Origin: Macrostomum hystrix
Taxonomy: Eukaryota; Animalia; Platyhelminthes
DNA length: 64,000 nucleotides
Assembly: GCA_950097015.1 (NCBI GenBank)
Contig: CATNEN010000002.1
Location: forward strand, 930,001 to 994,000
Direction: 5' to 3'
Both the position numbers and the translations under genes were made by a program. Shown here one piece after another: positions 21,549-33,600 of the stretch. Below the pieces are notes generated by a model. It was not told where the DNA came from. It was given only the letters and a program-made list of their open reading frames with translations, and did not search any database. Each line of letters starts with the position of its first letter. The stretch's first letter is position 1.

Positions 21549-23168
21549 TCACTCCATATTCAGCACCACCAGTCGACTGTTGCCGGTGTCAGTCACCACC
21601 AGCTGCTCGCGCGCGCCTCCCGTCACCACCGCCAGACCGCATGGACCATTGAATCTGCCGCAACCGCTGCCGCTCTCGCCCGGCACCCCTAGAGTCCACA
21701 GCAGCGACCCGTCGTCTGCAGCCACCGCTCGCACTGAGTCACCCATCCACTCACTCACGAACAGGCGGCCTCTCCTGTCCACGGCCACACCCATCGGCCA
21801 AACAAACTCTTTGAGACCGCAACGCTCAGTCGGGTGCGAGGCGACCACCTGCTGGGTGTCAATGCGCACTCTGTGCACCTGCTTGTGCTCACAGTCTGTC
21901 ACCAGAATGCAGTTGTCGTGAATCGCCACTCTGCCCAGTCCAGCATCAGGAAGCTCAGACAGCGTGATGACCGTCTCCATCACGCCAGTTGCTTTGCTGA
22001 AGGCAACAATTTTGTTGCCAACAGACACAAACACGGAGGCTGCGTTGCCGCCGATTCCCTCAATGCCACGAAAGCCCTCGATTTGTGGTTTGATTCGACG
22101 CACCTTTCGACCGCTCAGGTCCGTCACTGTCACTGCGTCAGATTGAGCAATGAACAGCAGCTGACGGTCACAGAGAAGACCCCAGATCCACTTCTTCCAG
22201 TCGATGTCGCAGCGGCACCGCAGCTTCTTCGAGCCGTCCACAGACACCACCTGAAGGTGGTCTATGTCACTACTTGGTGAAAATGATGCGAAGATGCAGG
22301 GCTGAGGCAGAGCCTCACCGCCGTCACTCGCTGCCTCGGTGGCCACCACACGGCCCGAACGGTCACCAACGAATCCACTGGTGTCGCTGCACACCGCCAG
22401 CCACTCAACCCAGCCATCCAGCTTCACTTCATGACTGAACACGATCGGATCGAACAATGCCTGTCTCGCCATCGCCATCGCCTTCATTGCGTCGTCGATC
22501 TCCTCGGGTGTCGCGCTGACCTCAGCGTCTCTCCAGCCCTCACGAGTCCACACGTTCACACGAGCCAACGCTCTGCCGAACTTTTCCGACACCTGCCCCA
22601 GTCGCTCCAGCTGTTGCTCCGCTCCCAAGCTCTCCTCCAACGACTTCTGCAGCCGATCAAAGTCCGCCTTCAAGTCATCGAGCGACAACTCCATCGACAT
22701 CGTCAGCTCGACAAGCTTCGACATGTCGCCTGCAGCCTCCGCCATCGCCGTCTCCTGCCTGTAGCTTCTCACATCGTCCATGTCCCGCTGCCACACACGC
22801 GCTGTCTCAATCCGAGCTATCATCGGACCTGTCAGTCGATCTTCACTCGAATCCAGGTATCTCCGCATTGTCTCATACAGCTGCTTCGCCCGTCGCAGCT
22901 GCTCCTCCATCTCGTGAATCCAATCTCCTCCACCACCTGCTGCACTGCCGCCTGCAGCTTCGGCTTGTGGGAAGGCACGCAGCTTCTCATCGACCTTCTC
23001 CTTCAGCTTGAGGACATCCGCCACATCAACACTCAGGTGTTCCGAGCACAGGTAGCGCTCGGAGAACGGACCCCGGCCGACTGCAGCTTTTTGGCAGACG
23101 ACGCAGATTGGGATGGCTTCAGGAGGTCCTTCGGAACTCGAGCTGTCGCTGGGGTCTCCACGCTGCAT
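21549..23168 (-). CDS. B-box-like zinc finger + coiled coil + NHL beta-propeller protein (TRIM-NHL-like, no RING), 539 aa
   Basis: The N-terminus has CVVC-x16-CSEH and a heptad-rich middle. NHL-type repeats are FVWPMGVAVDRRGRLFVSEWMGDSVRAV and FNGPCGLAV...LVVTDTGNSRLVVL. The ORF is intact, with an acceptor-like ctctttccag about 15 nt upstream of the ATG. Confidence 0.85.
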   Translation of the reverse strand: MQRGDPSDSSSSEGPPEAIPICVVCQKAAVGRGPFSERYLCSEHLSVDVADVLKLKEKVDEKLRAFPQAEAAGGSAAGGGGDWIHEMEEQLRRAKQLYETMRRYLDSSEDRLTGPMIARIETARVWQRDMDDVRSYRQETAMAEAAGDMSKLVELTMSMELSLDDLKADFDRLQKSLEESLGAEQQLERLGQVSEKFGRALARVNVWTREGWRDAEVSATPEEIDDAMKAMAMARQALFDPIVFSHEVKLDGWVEWLAVCSDTSGFVGDRSGRVVATEAASDGGEALPQPCIFASFSPSSDIDHLQVVSVDGSKKLRCRCDIDWKKWIWGLLCDRQLLFIAQSDAVTVTDLSGRKVRRIKPQIEGFRGIEGIGGNAASVFVSVGNKIVAFSKATGVMETVITLSELPDAGLGRVAIHDNCILVTDCEHKQVHRVRIDTQQVVASHPTERCGLKEFVWPMGVAVDRRGRLFVSEWMGDSVRAVAADDGSLLWTLGVPGESGSGCGRFNGPCGLAVVTGGAREQLVVTDTGNSRLVVLNME

Positions 23169-23739
23169 TTTCAGATTCGAGGTCTGGAAAGAGAGTCGGA
23201 AAGAGGCCGTGAGAGTTGAAGACTGCTGCTGGAATCTGCCAGAACTCTAATATTATCTCAGTGTCAAAAATGCTCAACTTCAATCCGCTACCTCAGAAAG
23301 CTGGGAAGCAGAAAAGTTGCAGAGCTGCCGTAAGCAGGCCGATGCTGAGGCTCAGGTGAGAATGAGTTTCAATCAGACAGCAGTCAAAAGCTGTGCTCAG
23401 GTTTTTGAGATGACTCTCTCGTAAGCTAGGTGTCTCAGTTAAACTCTAATCTGTTGCTAAGCAACAGTGAGAAGCCTGAGTCTGGTCGCTATTGGAGAAC
23501 AGAAATCATTGAGCTGCTATTGCTGGAGGGATAGGAGGAGAGGAGACGGGATGGAGGAGGAGGAAAGAGTACCTGAAACAAAGGGCGCGCAGGTAGGAAG
23601 GGAACAGCAGTTAATGTACTGCGTGGTGTGTGCAGTGCCTGAGTTTACAGTTCCAATTACATTGTTCCCGCCTCTACATGCATTGTAATTTTTTCTCTTT
23701 GACGCTGACTTGGACTCAGTGGAGATGTCAGCGCGTGTC

Positions 23740-24140
23740 AGGTGAAGCAGTGGGTATCTGGTGAAGCAGTGGGTGTCAGGTGAATCAGTGGGTGTCAGGT
23801 GAATCAGTGGGTGTCAGGTGAAGCAGTGGGTAACAGGTGAATCAGTGGGTGTCAGAGGAAGCAGTGGGTGTCAGGTGAAGCAGTGGGTGTCAGATGAAGC
23901 AGTGGGTGTCAGGTGAATCAGTGGGTGTCAGGTGAATCAGTGGGTGTCAGGTGAATCAGTGGGTGTCAGGTGAATCAGTGGGTGTCAGGTGAATCAGTGG
24001 GTGTCAGATGAAGCAGTGGGTGTCAGGTGAATCAGTGGGTATCTGGTGAAGCAGTGGGTGTCAGGTGAATCAGTGGGTGTCAGGTGAATCAGTGGGTGTC
24101 AGGTGAATCAGTGCGTGTCAGGTGAAGCAGTGGGTGTCAG
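23740..24140. repeat. 19-bp minisatellite (TCAGGTGAA[G/T]CAGTGGGTG)n
   Basis: Visible tandem units. Confidence 0.9.
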
Positions 24141-24514
24141 AGAAACGCAACGCAAAATGAGTGGGAGCAGAGAGCTCGGGTGTGAGCAGTTTGTATTGTA
24201 TTCTGCAGAATTATTCAGTAGAAACCAGTTTTGTCCGGTTTACAACTGAACTGAACTGAATAACAACACAACTGAATAATATTGCTCCAAATTTAACTGC
24301 AAAATGTAAACACTTGACACTGCGACACTCAAGGTAGCAACTCACAACTCTGAATCGGCAATCCCTAGTCTGGAACGAATTCGCCATAACATAATATAAG
24401 CGTCAAACACTCAAGTCGGCACTGAGTGAGCAGCAGAACCAGTGACACCTAATTGCTGAATTCCAGCTGCATCAAAATAAGCTCAGACTCAGGTTCAGAG
24501 ACAAATCAGAAAAC

Positions 24515-25040
24515 CAGTTCTTGTGTCGTCTGTGAAAAAGCCGCAGTCGGCCGGGATCCTACCTGTGCTCGGAACACCTGAGTGTTGATGTGGCGGATGC
24601 CATCAAGCTGAAGAACCATGTTGATGAGGAGCTGAGTGCCTACTCTCAAGCCGAAGCTGCAGGTGTGCCGGATGTCAGGCAGAATCTGCTTCAAAGAATG
24701 CTCAAGCGAAATGCCGTTGTGGATAAGGCCTTCAATAACATTCAGCAAAGCCTTCATTCGCACCGCTCTCTCCTGACAGACTTCATGAATGCTCGAGTTG
24801 AGACAGTCAATGCATGGCAGCGGGACCTCGAAGACATCGAAAGTTACAAAGAAGAGGTCGCGGAGGCTGGCCTTGTCCATGGACTTGTCGCTTCCGGAGC
24901 TAGAGGCGGACTTTGATCGGGCGCAGAAGTTGGTTGACAATCGGAAGTCGAGCAGCAGCTGGAGCGACTGCGCCGACTCGAGAATCTCGTGGACAGTGTT
25001 GCGGCTGCTGAAGTCGGGACTGTGGCATCCAGAGACTGAT
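24515..25040 (+). pseudogene. second truncated B-box-like/coiled-coil fragment
   Basis: Near-identical to 17685-18210 and shares the same frameshift after the CxxC. Confidence 0.75.
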
Positions 25041-26004
25041 GCCATCAGGGTTCTTCTCCCCCTGATCCTTCAGGGTTCTACTCCCCCTGATCCTTCAGTG
25101 TTATTCTCCCCGGGTCCGTCAGTGTTCTACTCCCCCTGATCCCTCAATATTCTATTGCCCCCCTGATGTATGTCTCATCCTAGAAATTGTGTGCAATTTA
25201 AAGTAAGACATGCCATTATTAGTTTGTTTACAAAACGTGATAAATTTGTAATAAATCAATCCCACTGGCCACCTGAGTCCTGCTCAAGATGCTCAAGTGC
25301 AAAGACTCGGGCAAGAATCTGTCTTCTCGCGGATCAGCTAAGAATGTCTCTCGCTGAAACAGCAGCTGCAAAATTTGGGGATAATTACGCTTCTGAAATT
25401 TCCTTCCAGCTCTCCGGATTGCCACCTGGAGTAAGAAGTAGCTTCAGAGATTCGTCGAACGTGCCGTCATCGACTTGTTTCAAGCCCTCCTGTCTGATCG
25501 TGTTTTTGGTTGACTAGCAAAGTAAAACAAATGACAGTTTTTCATTGAAACTAATTTCAACTTGTCACAAGAAGATGTTATTGTGTTCTTGGTTGATATT
25601 TAGCTTAGCATGAGCAGTTTTTAGAAACGTTGATGGCTACTTTTTCTTACGCCCTATTTAAAAAGTTTCATTATTCGGAAATATACAATTCATTTTGCCC
25701 TCTTATATTTCACATCAAAGTCACATGACTCTTTAGAAAAATAAAGTTCTCAATCTACAATGAGCTCGTATTAAAGCGTAGACAATTTTCTAGGAATGTT
25801 GATGTGATCCCTGATGAATAAAGTCGATCCGCAGTGTTAGAACATAAGCAGTAACAATATAGTCAGGAGGGCACTGATACATTGGTGACAGTGGAACGGC
25901 AGCTAGTGACTGGCTATCCTAGCCTTTCCGCTCACTCACTCCGCTCAATCACAAGAATACTGTGCGCAGGTACATAATGACACAGAGGCTGTGCAAGGAC
26001 CACA

Positions 26005-26082
26005 AGTAGTAGTAGAAGTAGTAGTAGTGGTAGTAGTAGTAGTGGTAGTAGTAGTAGCAGTAGTAGTAGCAGTAGTAGTAGC

Positions 26083-26135
<53 letters not shown>

Positions 26136-26148
26136 TAGTAGTAGTAGC

Positions 26149-26186
<38 letters not shown>

Positions 26187-26245
26187 TAGTAGTAGTAGCA
26201 GTAGTAGTAGTAGTAGTAGTGGTAGTAGTAGTAGTAGTAGCAGTA
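26005..26245. repeat. (GTA)n microsatellite
   Basis: Directly visible. It is probably the (CTA)n 3' tail of a minus-strand SINE. Confidence 0.95.
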
Positions 26246-26472
26246 GTTGTCTACTTAAGTGTTTCATAGGGCTGTGCTTCGTCCCCAACTTGCTCATTGT
26301 CAGGCAGGCACTCTCACTGGGCCTTGCAAGTTAAACCCTCAAATTGCACGACAAATCCACCAGACTTCTCTGCACACTGGTGCTTCTAATTATGAAGCCA
26401 CAATGCGGAATCGAGCTCAGGGACCTTGGTGGGAGAGGCAATTGGCGTTAAGCGCTCTGTCAGCCACCCCCC
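26005..26472 (-). mobile_element. putative tRNA-derived SINE with long (CTA)n tail
   Basis: The minus-strand head GGGGGGTGGCTGACAGAGCGCTTAACG...GAGCTCGATTCC has A-box/B-box-like spacing and resembles the head at 28428. It ends in a simple-repeat tail; no TSD was found. Confidence 0.45.
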
Positions 26473-26689
26473 TTCTGAAGTGAGATATAAAGTGCGTAAT
26501 ACAACTGGCTCTCATAATAAATCAATCTAACCTTTATAATATTTTTCAGTATTTAGATTTTAGATGATCCAAATCTTCAATCTGTAGCATATGTGAAAAT
26601 GTGAAAATCGAGTAAATTAAAACATATTGTACAACAACAACAACAACGACAACAACAACAGAGGAAGCAGGCAGATTCCTCTGTTCTCC

Positions 26690-27002
26690 TCAAACCGTCC
26701 GGTTTCTTATGAATGATGTGCGCTATAGTCCACTCCATGGGCGCCGCCTCACCGAAAAGCACGCGGTTCATCACACGGGCGACCTCACTGGCCACACAGT
26801 GGATGCGCAGCGCCTCGATGGGCACCTCGTCTGGACCCAGCGCTTTGCCGCCCGCTGTCTTATGGGCGAGCATTACTACATCAGCCATGGTGACTGGTGC
26901 TACACTGAAGCTCTCCCCCGACGGCAACGGCGACTCTGGCGGCAGCATCAGGATGTTGAGCAGCGGAGGACATTGAACTATTGTACCAACTTTCTTATGC
27001 AA
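26690..27002 (-). mobile_element. non-LTR retrotransposon (LINE, RTE-like) ORF2 fragment, pre-RT region
   Basis: GGKALGPDEVPIEALR...APMEWTIAHIIHKK matches the KAPGPDGIP...W...I..I.KK motif found upstream of LINE RT domains. Confidence 0.7.
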
Positions 27003-28427
27003 ACATCGTCAAACCTCCAGTGATGGTCACCGCTAAATATTTTGGTAGCGTAAAAAATATTTTTTAATATTTTTTAATTTTAAATATTTAAAACAAAGTT
27101 AGCGGCCGCTATTTTAGTTTCAAAGTTAGCGAAGTAAGCGCGGCTAAATTCAAAATTTCCTAAAACATGAAAAAATATTCATTTTTACCGTTTCCTTTCT
27201 TTAGTTTAAGCAGTGAGAATATTAGAAAGATTTAACTTTATACGCTCGTATCTATTAAGATAAAACGCAAATTTGTTACAAATTCGTCAAATTTTAAAAG
27301 TAAATTGTTGCACTTATACCGCGCAAAGCCTAAGGATATAATGTAAGGTAACCGGTACAGTAGCACTAACACTAGCAGTAGTACCGTACTAAGTTTAGTA
27401 ACTTTTTACTTAGTAATTTGCCATTGCCAGGAAATAAAAATTTAAAATAAACATTTTTTTGGGAGATAAAATAATTATTCAGACAAAAAACAAACAGCAA
27501 GAACAAAAGCAGCAAAAAACGAGAGAAGAAACACAAACAAAAAAGAAAAGTTAGACTCATCACTCAATAATTTGAGGAGAAGGATTAGGGTTTCGATTCC
27601 TGCAGAGATAGGCAAGAAACAAAACATCGTTTTAAGTTTAGCGCAAGACACAGCTGGTGGTGCTTTCTGATTGATGGGTGGCTCTGAGGCCAAGGGGATT
27701 TGACAGAAATTGGTTGTCAAATAGCCAACTGTCCTCCACTGGTTGGCCAATTTTAACAAATGGCACGAAGTCTAAAATGCTAAAACTGTTTCGCAAATTT
27801 AACGACTTAAATCAGTCGACTCAACTCGACTCAGCTCTATGCGTCTGTTACGTTTTACTACTGTAACAAGCACGATGCACTCATATTGCATGCATATTGT
27901 ACTTGTGCATATGGCACAAAGTAACTAACTAATTGTGGCTCCTCTAAAGCATGTGTGCCAAATAAATTTAGTTGCAATTTTGTTAACTAGGCATAGTCCC
28001 TTTGCAGCTAGTACCTAGACTTCCCTTAGTAGCTCTTGAATTGTATCTCTTGCAAGGTCTTTGTTTCAAGACTAGCATCCGCGCCGGCTTTGCTATCACC
28101 CTACTGAAATATTTCAGAGATGAAAAAAGACAACACAAAGGCCGAATATCGACTAAGAAAGGTGCGCCAATATGTGCAGTATGTTTGCCAATCCGCCTAG
28201 TAAACTACCAGTTTTTACCAGGCAGGGAAGTTGCGGTAAACTTTGGCGGGCCCGTTTTGGAATAAAACAAGCATCTCTTGAGCATTCAGGTTTATTTACC
28301 TCGGGAGAAAATGCTCCCTTTATCAAGAATTTGCATCTCCTGGCTAATCATTGTGTTATCGGCTCGGCCGAGCAACAGACAATCCGCCGAGGAGGTCTAG
28401 CGCAACTGTTTTCTGAGCTTACTAGTG

Positions 28428-28882
28428 GGGGGCGAGTGGGGTCAGCGGCTAACGTCGCTGCCTCGCACTCCAAAGGACGCTAGTTCGATTCTCCCTTGTG
28501 TGCGTTGGCGCTGGGGCGTTAGACCTTGCGGCGGGTGGCTGGAGGGCGGGTGTACACCGCCGCGCGCTCCCTGGAATTCCGTCAGCGCGATTGGATAAGT
28601 GTACACTCATCACCCGGCCCCGCCCCTGAGGACTGATTTCTTATCAGCCTTCCGCCCCGGCTTGGTCTGCTCTGTGCGTGTGGGGCTGGGATGGGGGACA
28701 CTGCTGCCTATTCTGGGTGCCTCCTGCCCTCCCCGGCTGGTCTGTGCTGCTGTGTGTGGTGCCTGCTCAGGGGAGGCGGCGCGATGGGCGCTAAAGCGCC
28801 TAGTTCGCCGGTCTGGGGGCGTGCCGCTCCGTCGCTTGTGCGACAAGTGCCCCGGGCCCCCCTGCAGATAGATAGAGATAGA
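28428..28882 (+). mobile_element. full-length tRNA-derived SINE with 13-bp target-site duplication
   Basis: GAGCTTACTAGTG occurs at 28415-28427 and 28883-28895. The head has an A-box-like TGGGGTCAGCGG and a B-box-like AGTTCGATTCT, followed by a GC-rich body and a GATA/GA tail. Confidence 0.8.
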
Positions 28883-29849
28883 GAGCTTACTAGTGTAACG
28901 AAATGCAAAAAATTCATAGGAGGATTCGATAAACTGGACTCGTGAGGGTCACAATCATAGGAAGCAGTGCTTTATAGCTTCAAATATTAGTTATTTCGTC
29001 CACTACTACACTTCTACTCTAACTCTGAACTAGTGCAGTAGGGTGAGAGTGCATAGCAGCGTGGATAATTGGTACTAGGAACTGTTAAGACTGAGTAATT
29101 TCAGGGAGAGAATTGAAGAGTTCCGGAAGAAGAAGGGTCTCGTAAAATGTTAGTGCCTCCAGTACAGTGAACGACGAAAGCTGAATCTGTACAGCTAGGT
29201 AAGAAAGTACTCAAGAAGTTTACTATATTTTGATGTTATGTCTAAATTTAGATTGTCGCAGGATGTGTGTAGCAGACAAAAGAGAAAGGCTGCGGTTTTC
29301 TCTTGGCCAGCTGTTGAGCAAACAGGCTATTATTTGTTCCCTTCCCCGCCGCAGCGTACGTACACTCTCACCTCACCGACAGCAGTAGCGTTTTATTCCC
29401 GCCAATCTACCTTGCAGGCTGTGTTTTCGCGCAGTTTTTTTTCTTTCTTTCTCTTTTATCTGTGAAATTTCAAAAATAATACGATTAAATACAAGAGAGG
29501 TGTCGAGCTGTTGCTTCGCGTTCGCAAAATTCCTTAAGGGCGCTAGATGATTACCTTGCAGTTTAGGTCGCTACCAAGTGCTCATTGGTAAGTGTTATAT
29601 GCGGGCTATATCCTCATTTCATGAAATAATTTTGAATACAATTTCAAAACTTCACTGTTCACCTTAAAATAGAGGCTTTGCAATTAGATTTAAAACTTAT
29701 ATTGATTTGAGGAAGATTGTTGTAAATATATTGTAATCTATTTTGATAGTTGATTAGTAAAAGGGTACAGAGATTTAATTGATACTGAAGGGGCAAAGCC
29801 AGGGGGGTAAGAATTGACACACAATACCCGGGCCCAGCCAATCAGATGG

Positions 29850-30345
29850 CGGCTACAGGGCACCGAGCAGGGATGGGGGAGGAAGGTGAGAAAGGGCGAG
29901 GCCAAGGCCAAGCCCAAGAAGTCGGCTTCAAACACAATATTCTTGGCCATTCGCTTCTCTTTTGAATGTTGTATAACAAAGGCAAACTGCTCAACTCGGA
30001 GCGGGCCCGATTGCTGTCTGTATTTAGAATGACTTTTAGTAGTGCCTCAAAAGCTCTTGATGTCCACCACATCAAAAGCTGCGGTCCCAGGTTCCATGAT
30101 ATTAGAGCCCCACAATCTCTTAGCGTGGTGCTCGAAGGATCGATACTTAGGGATAAGACAGGAGAGGGGACAGACTTGCCATTTGTGATGCTGCTGAATG
30201 CCTGGCCATTTGAGAAATTCAGCTGAAACATAGCTCCTGAATACTTGCGTCGTAATCCTTCGATTATTTTTGGCCTGATCTTTAACTTCCCAAGGCACTG
30301 GAACAGTAAGGCGTGACGGACCATAAAATCGCATTTTAAGTTCGA
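29850..30345 (-). mobile_element. possible degenerate LINE RT fragment
   Basis: VRHALLFQCLGKLKIRPKIIEGLRRKYSG...NGQAFS loosely resembles the AFDxVxH..L...L...GI....I..I..LY region of RT, but the sequence is frameshifted and the match is weak. Confidence 0.3.
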
Positions 30346-30655
30346 TTAAATCCTAAATTTTTTTCTGTGAAGGGAGGGAGTAGCAATGTGGTCGAATTTT
30401 CTGTAGCCCTTATAGGCTAGGCTCTCTGAGCGCGAGTTAAGAGTTGAGTTTCTAGCATTTCATAAGTGAGGCAAGCAAGCGAGCCAAGACAGGCAGCAAG
30501 CTTATGGCTCTGTAGATTTTATAGTCACCACTTGATCTCTTTTTATAGATTGACGTGAATAGGACAAATTAACGGACGATTGTGCAAGACTTTGCCCGAG
30601 GCACCTTTCCGCTGTCCCTGGGTATTTTACGCACTTTACAATTCTATTTTAGAGC

Positions 30656-33600
30656 ATGAATGGACACAGCCAACGAGACACTTTGCGCGATGATGTGCTC
30701 AAAGAACTGGTGCATCTGTTTGAGGACCGACAGCTCGAGGACGACTTCGAAAGCAATATACTGAATCCGAGTAACTGGCTGATAAACAGAGTGAAAGAAT
30801 CGCCACAAAAATTCAAGGTTTGCGTTATTGGTCAGGATGCCGATTCAAATCAGGTTGCAGTACCTGTTGAAAACAATGAATTTAATCATACAAATTACAT
30901 TTATATCGGCAAGAAGATTAATGTGACATGCGGCTCAAAATTCGTCGTTGAGCTTATTAATACCAATGATTTGGGAAAAGTTTGTGGCGACTTCCGAGGC
31001 AGATTGAAGACCAAGATGCCGTACCACAGAATGAGGACCAGAGCGCAGCTGATCGAGCTGATGCAGCAGAGTCCGGAAAAGTACAAAATTTGTCGTTTGC
31101 AATTGGACGGACCGCAGCTCGGATGGGCCTACCCGCTCTCTTCCGAGGATCCCATTCCGATGATCCAGCTGAAAGGACGCAGCAACTGCGGCCGAGCATG
31201 TGACGACGACGAGGTGATTGTCGAAGTGAAAGAAATAGATGAAAACGGAGTTGAGGCCCACGGAGCTGTGGTGGGAGTGTGGCGTCAGAAGGAGAAGCTG
31301 AAGTACAAGCTGTTTGTTTGCGAAGTCATTGAAGACTATGGGTGTCTAATGAGACCCATTTGTCAAACGTTTCCAAAAATCTCTTATGACAATCAGTTTG
31401 CAATTTCAACGCATCTAAGACAATTGAAACGAAACAACCCAGAAATGAATAAAAAAGAAAAGTGCGGGCTGCTCACTTCTCGAGACGTTTTCAGTCAGTA
31501 TGCCCATGAATATAGCAATCGAAATTTTGTGTCTGTTTATGAACCCATTGAAGATAGCGTCACTCAAGAAATTTGCTTTGAAGGGAAACGCGTAGAAAGG
31601 GTGCTAAAACACGATTGTGACAAGCTTTTTATTGTCTGCTTTGACAACTGGATCATCGAAAACTGGTATCCAAGAGGCCGCGTTGTGCACGTTGTATCAA
31701 AAAGATTGTCATTTTTGGAAACCATCGACCTTATACAGATTAGCCACTCAGTACCGCCGCTCATGCAACTGAATAACTGTGCAATTACTAGACAAACAAT
31801 CGCCATCGAGGGACGGGTCAAGCGTAAGGCGGATCCAAAGTCTGAGGGTCGAGAAGACTTCCGGGCCTATTTCACAGCAACTATCGACAACCCAGAGACA
31901 AAGGACATGGACGATGCCATCAGCTTGCACGAGGACGCGAATGGAAGACTCACTGTCGGCGTTCACATCACAGATGTGGCAGAGTTCATTGGCGAAAACA
32001 CTCCGATCGATCAAGAGGCCAGACGTCGTGGGACCACATTCTATCCGAGCAAAGAAGCCAGACAAAGAGGAGTCCCTACCAACCACATGCTGCCCCGTCA
32101 ACTGGCTGAGAACTCACTCAGTCTGGTGGAAGGACAGGACAGGCGATGCTTGTCAGTGGTGTTCAACATGAATGCCGATGGAGTAGTGGAGAACTGGAGG
32201 CCGTGCCTGACACTGATTCGCTCAGACAAAAGACTCAACAAGGAGGACGTGCAACGCGTGATTCTTGGCAACACCGACTCCGTGGAGCCTCGCGTCTCAA
32301 ACATGCTGCTTCGGCTGTGGTCAGTGACGCGTGCGTGGCGAGTGAAGCGTCTCGGTCAGGCTGCGTTTGTGCGCCAGCGAGACGAGCAGTTCCCCGAGAC
32401 GAGCGCTCTTGTCGAGGAGCTGATGGTTGCGGCGAATTCAGCAGTCGGAGAGTTCCTGCGACAGCGGGCGGACTCGGTTCCCGCCTATCCGACTCGAGTG
32501 CAGCAGCGACCGCGTGAGATCGACGTGACTCGATGGATGCAGAAACACGGATCCAAGGTGCAGCACTCGGCCGAGTTGAGTCGCGCATTGCATCTAGTCG
32601 AGAAGGATGTTCCGAACTCGAATATGCCGTTTCAAATGCATCAAGATGATGCAGAAAGCTTGAAAGCGTTTTGTCAGCGAGGCGATATGCAAGGCGCTCT
32701 ATCGCTGTTGTACGACGAGAGACGGTTTCCACACTTACGGCTGGCCATCAGCGACTGGCACGGGCTGAGCCAGCCGGCAAAGTACAGCGAGTGCACGTCG
32801 GAGCAAAGGTGCCACTTCAGCCTGGAGAAGGAGGACTACGTCCAGTTCACGAGTCCGATGAGACGCTATGCTGATTTACTAGTTCATCGTGCACTCCGAT
32901 CTCACCTGAAAGACAAGGGCAAGGGAATATATGTTTCGTTTCCTTACTGTCCTGAGACTCCTGAAAAGTTGTGTAAATTTTTAACAACAGTTTCCATGCG
33001 CGACCGAAATTTTGAGAGTAGAAGCAGAAGTGCTGCTGCAGCATTAGAACTAAGATTATTCCCGAGAAAAGTAATTGTTCAAGTTTCGATGCTAGACGAT
33101 GAAGGAATCGTTTTTGAGCACGAGATGCTTGACGGCGAGCCTAAAATTGCCAGACTCGTTCAGTTTCGATTCCTGAACCTTTGCGAAAAGCCTGAGGAAA
33201 AGGAGCCCTCTGTGCTAGTCGGCTGCAAGTGGAAGGCTCGAATACTTCGACATACCACAACTGTTGACGAACCGAGAACTGGGGAAGCACTTGCGGCGGC
33301 CGGTAGAACTTGGCATGATCCGATCAAGGTTGTCAGTGCATCGATTCTCAGAAGCTTTCGGCCTCGAGAGCTTCTGCTGGCAAAGGAGGAGCTTCTCAAA
33401 AACCAGTGGGACTTCTCGAAGTGCAGCATCTCGAGCGCCAAGTTCATGGAGGCTGATATTTCTGATAAGCGTGGCGTGTCAAAGGTCTACTCCACCACTG
33501 ACGGTCACGGTAGCTCTGTGTGGTTCTATCGCGACATTCGTCTCGGTGATGAAATGAATGCCCAGATTGGATCCCAGAATAATCACGGAATGATGGCGCC

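Noticed and set aside
25932-26297. Poly-Leu / poly-Val ORFs
   Set aside because: Translation of the (GTA)n microsatellite.
28428-28505. Functional tRNA gene
   Set aside because: No convincing cloverleaf or acceptor stem pairing. It continues into a GC-rich body and tail with a TSD, which fits a SINE.
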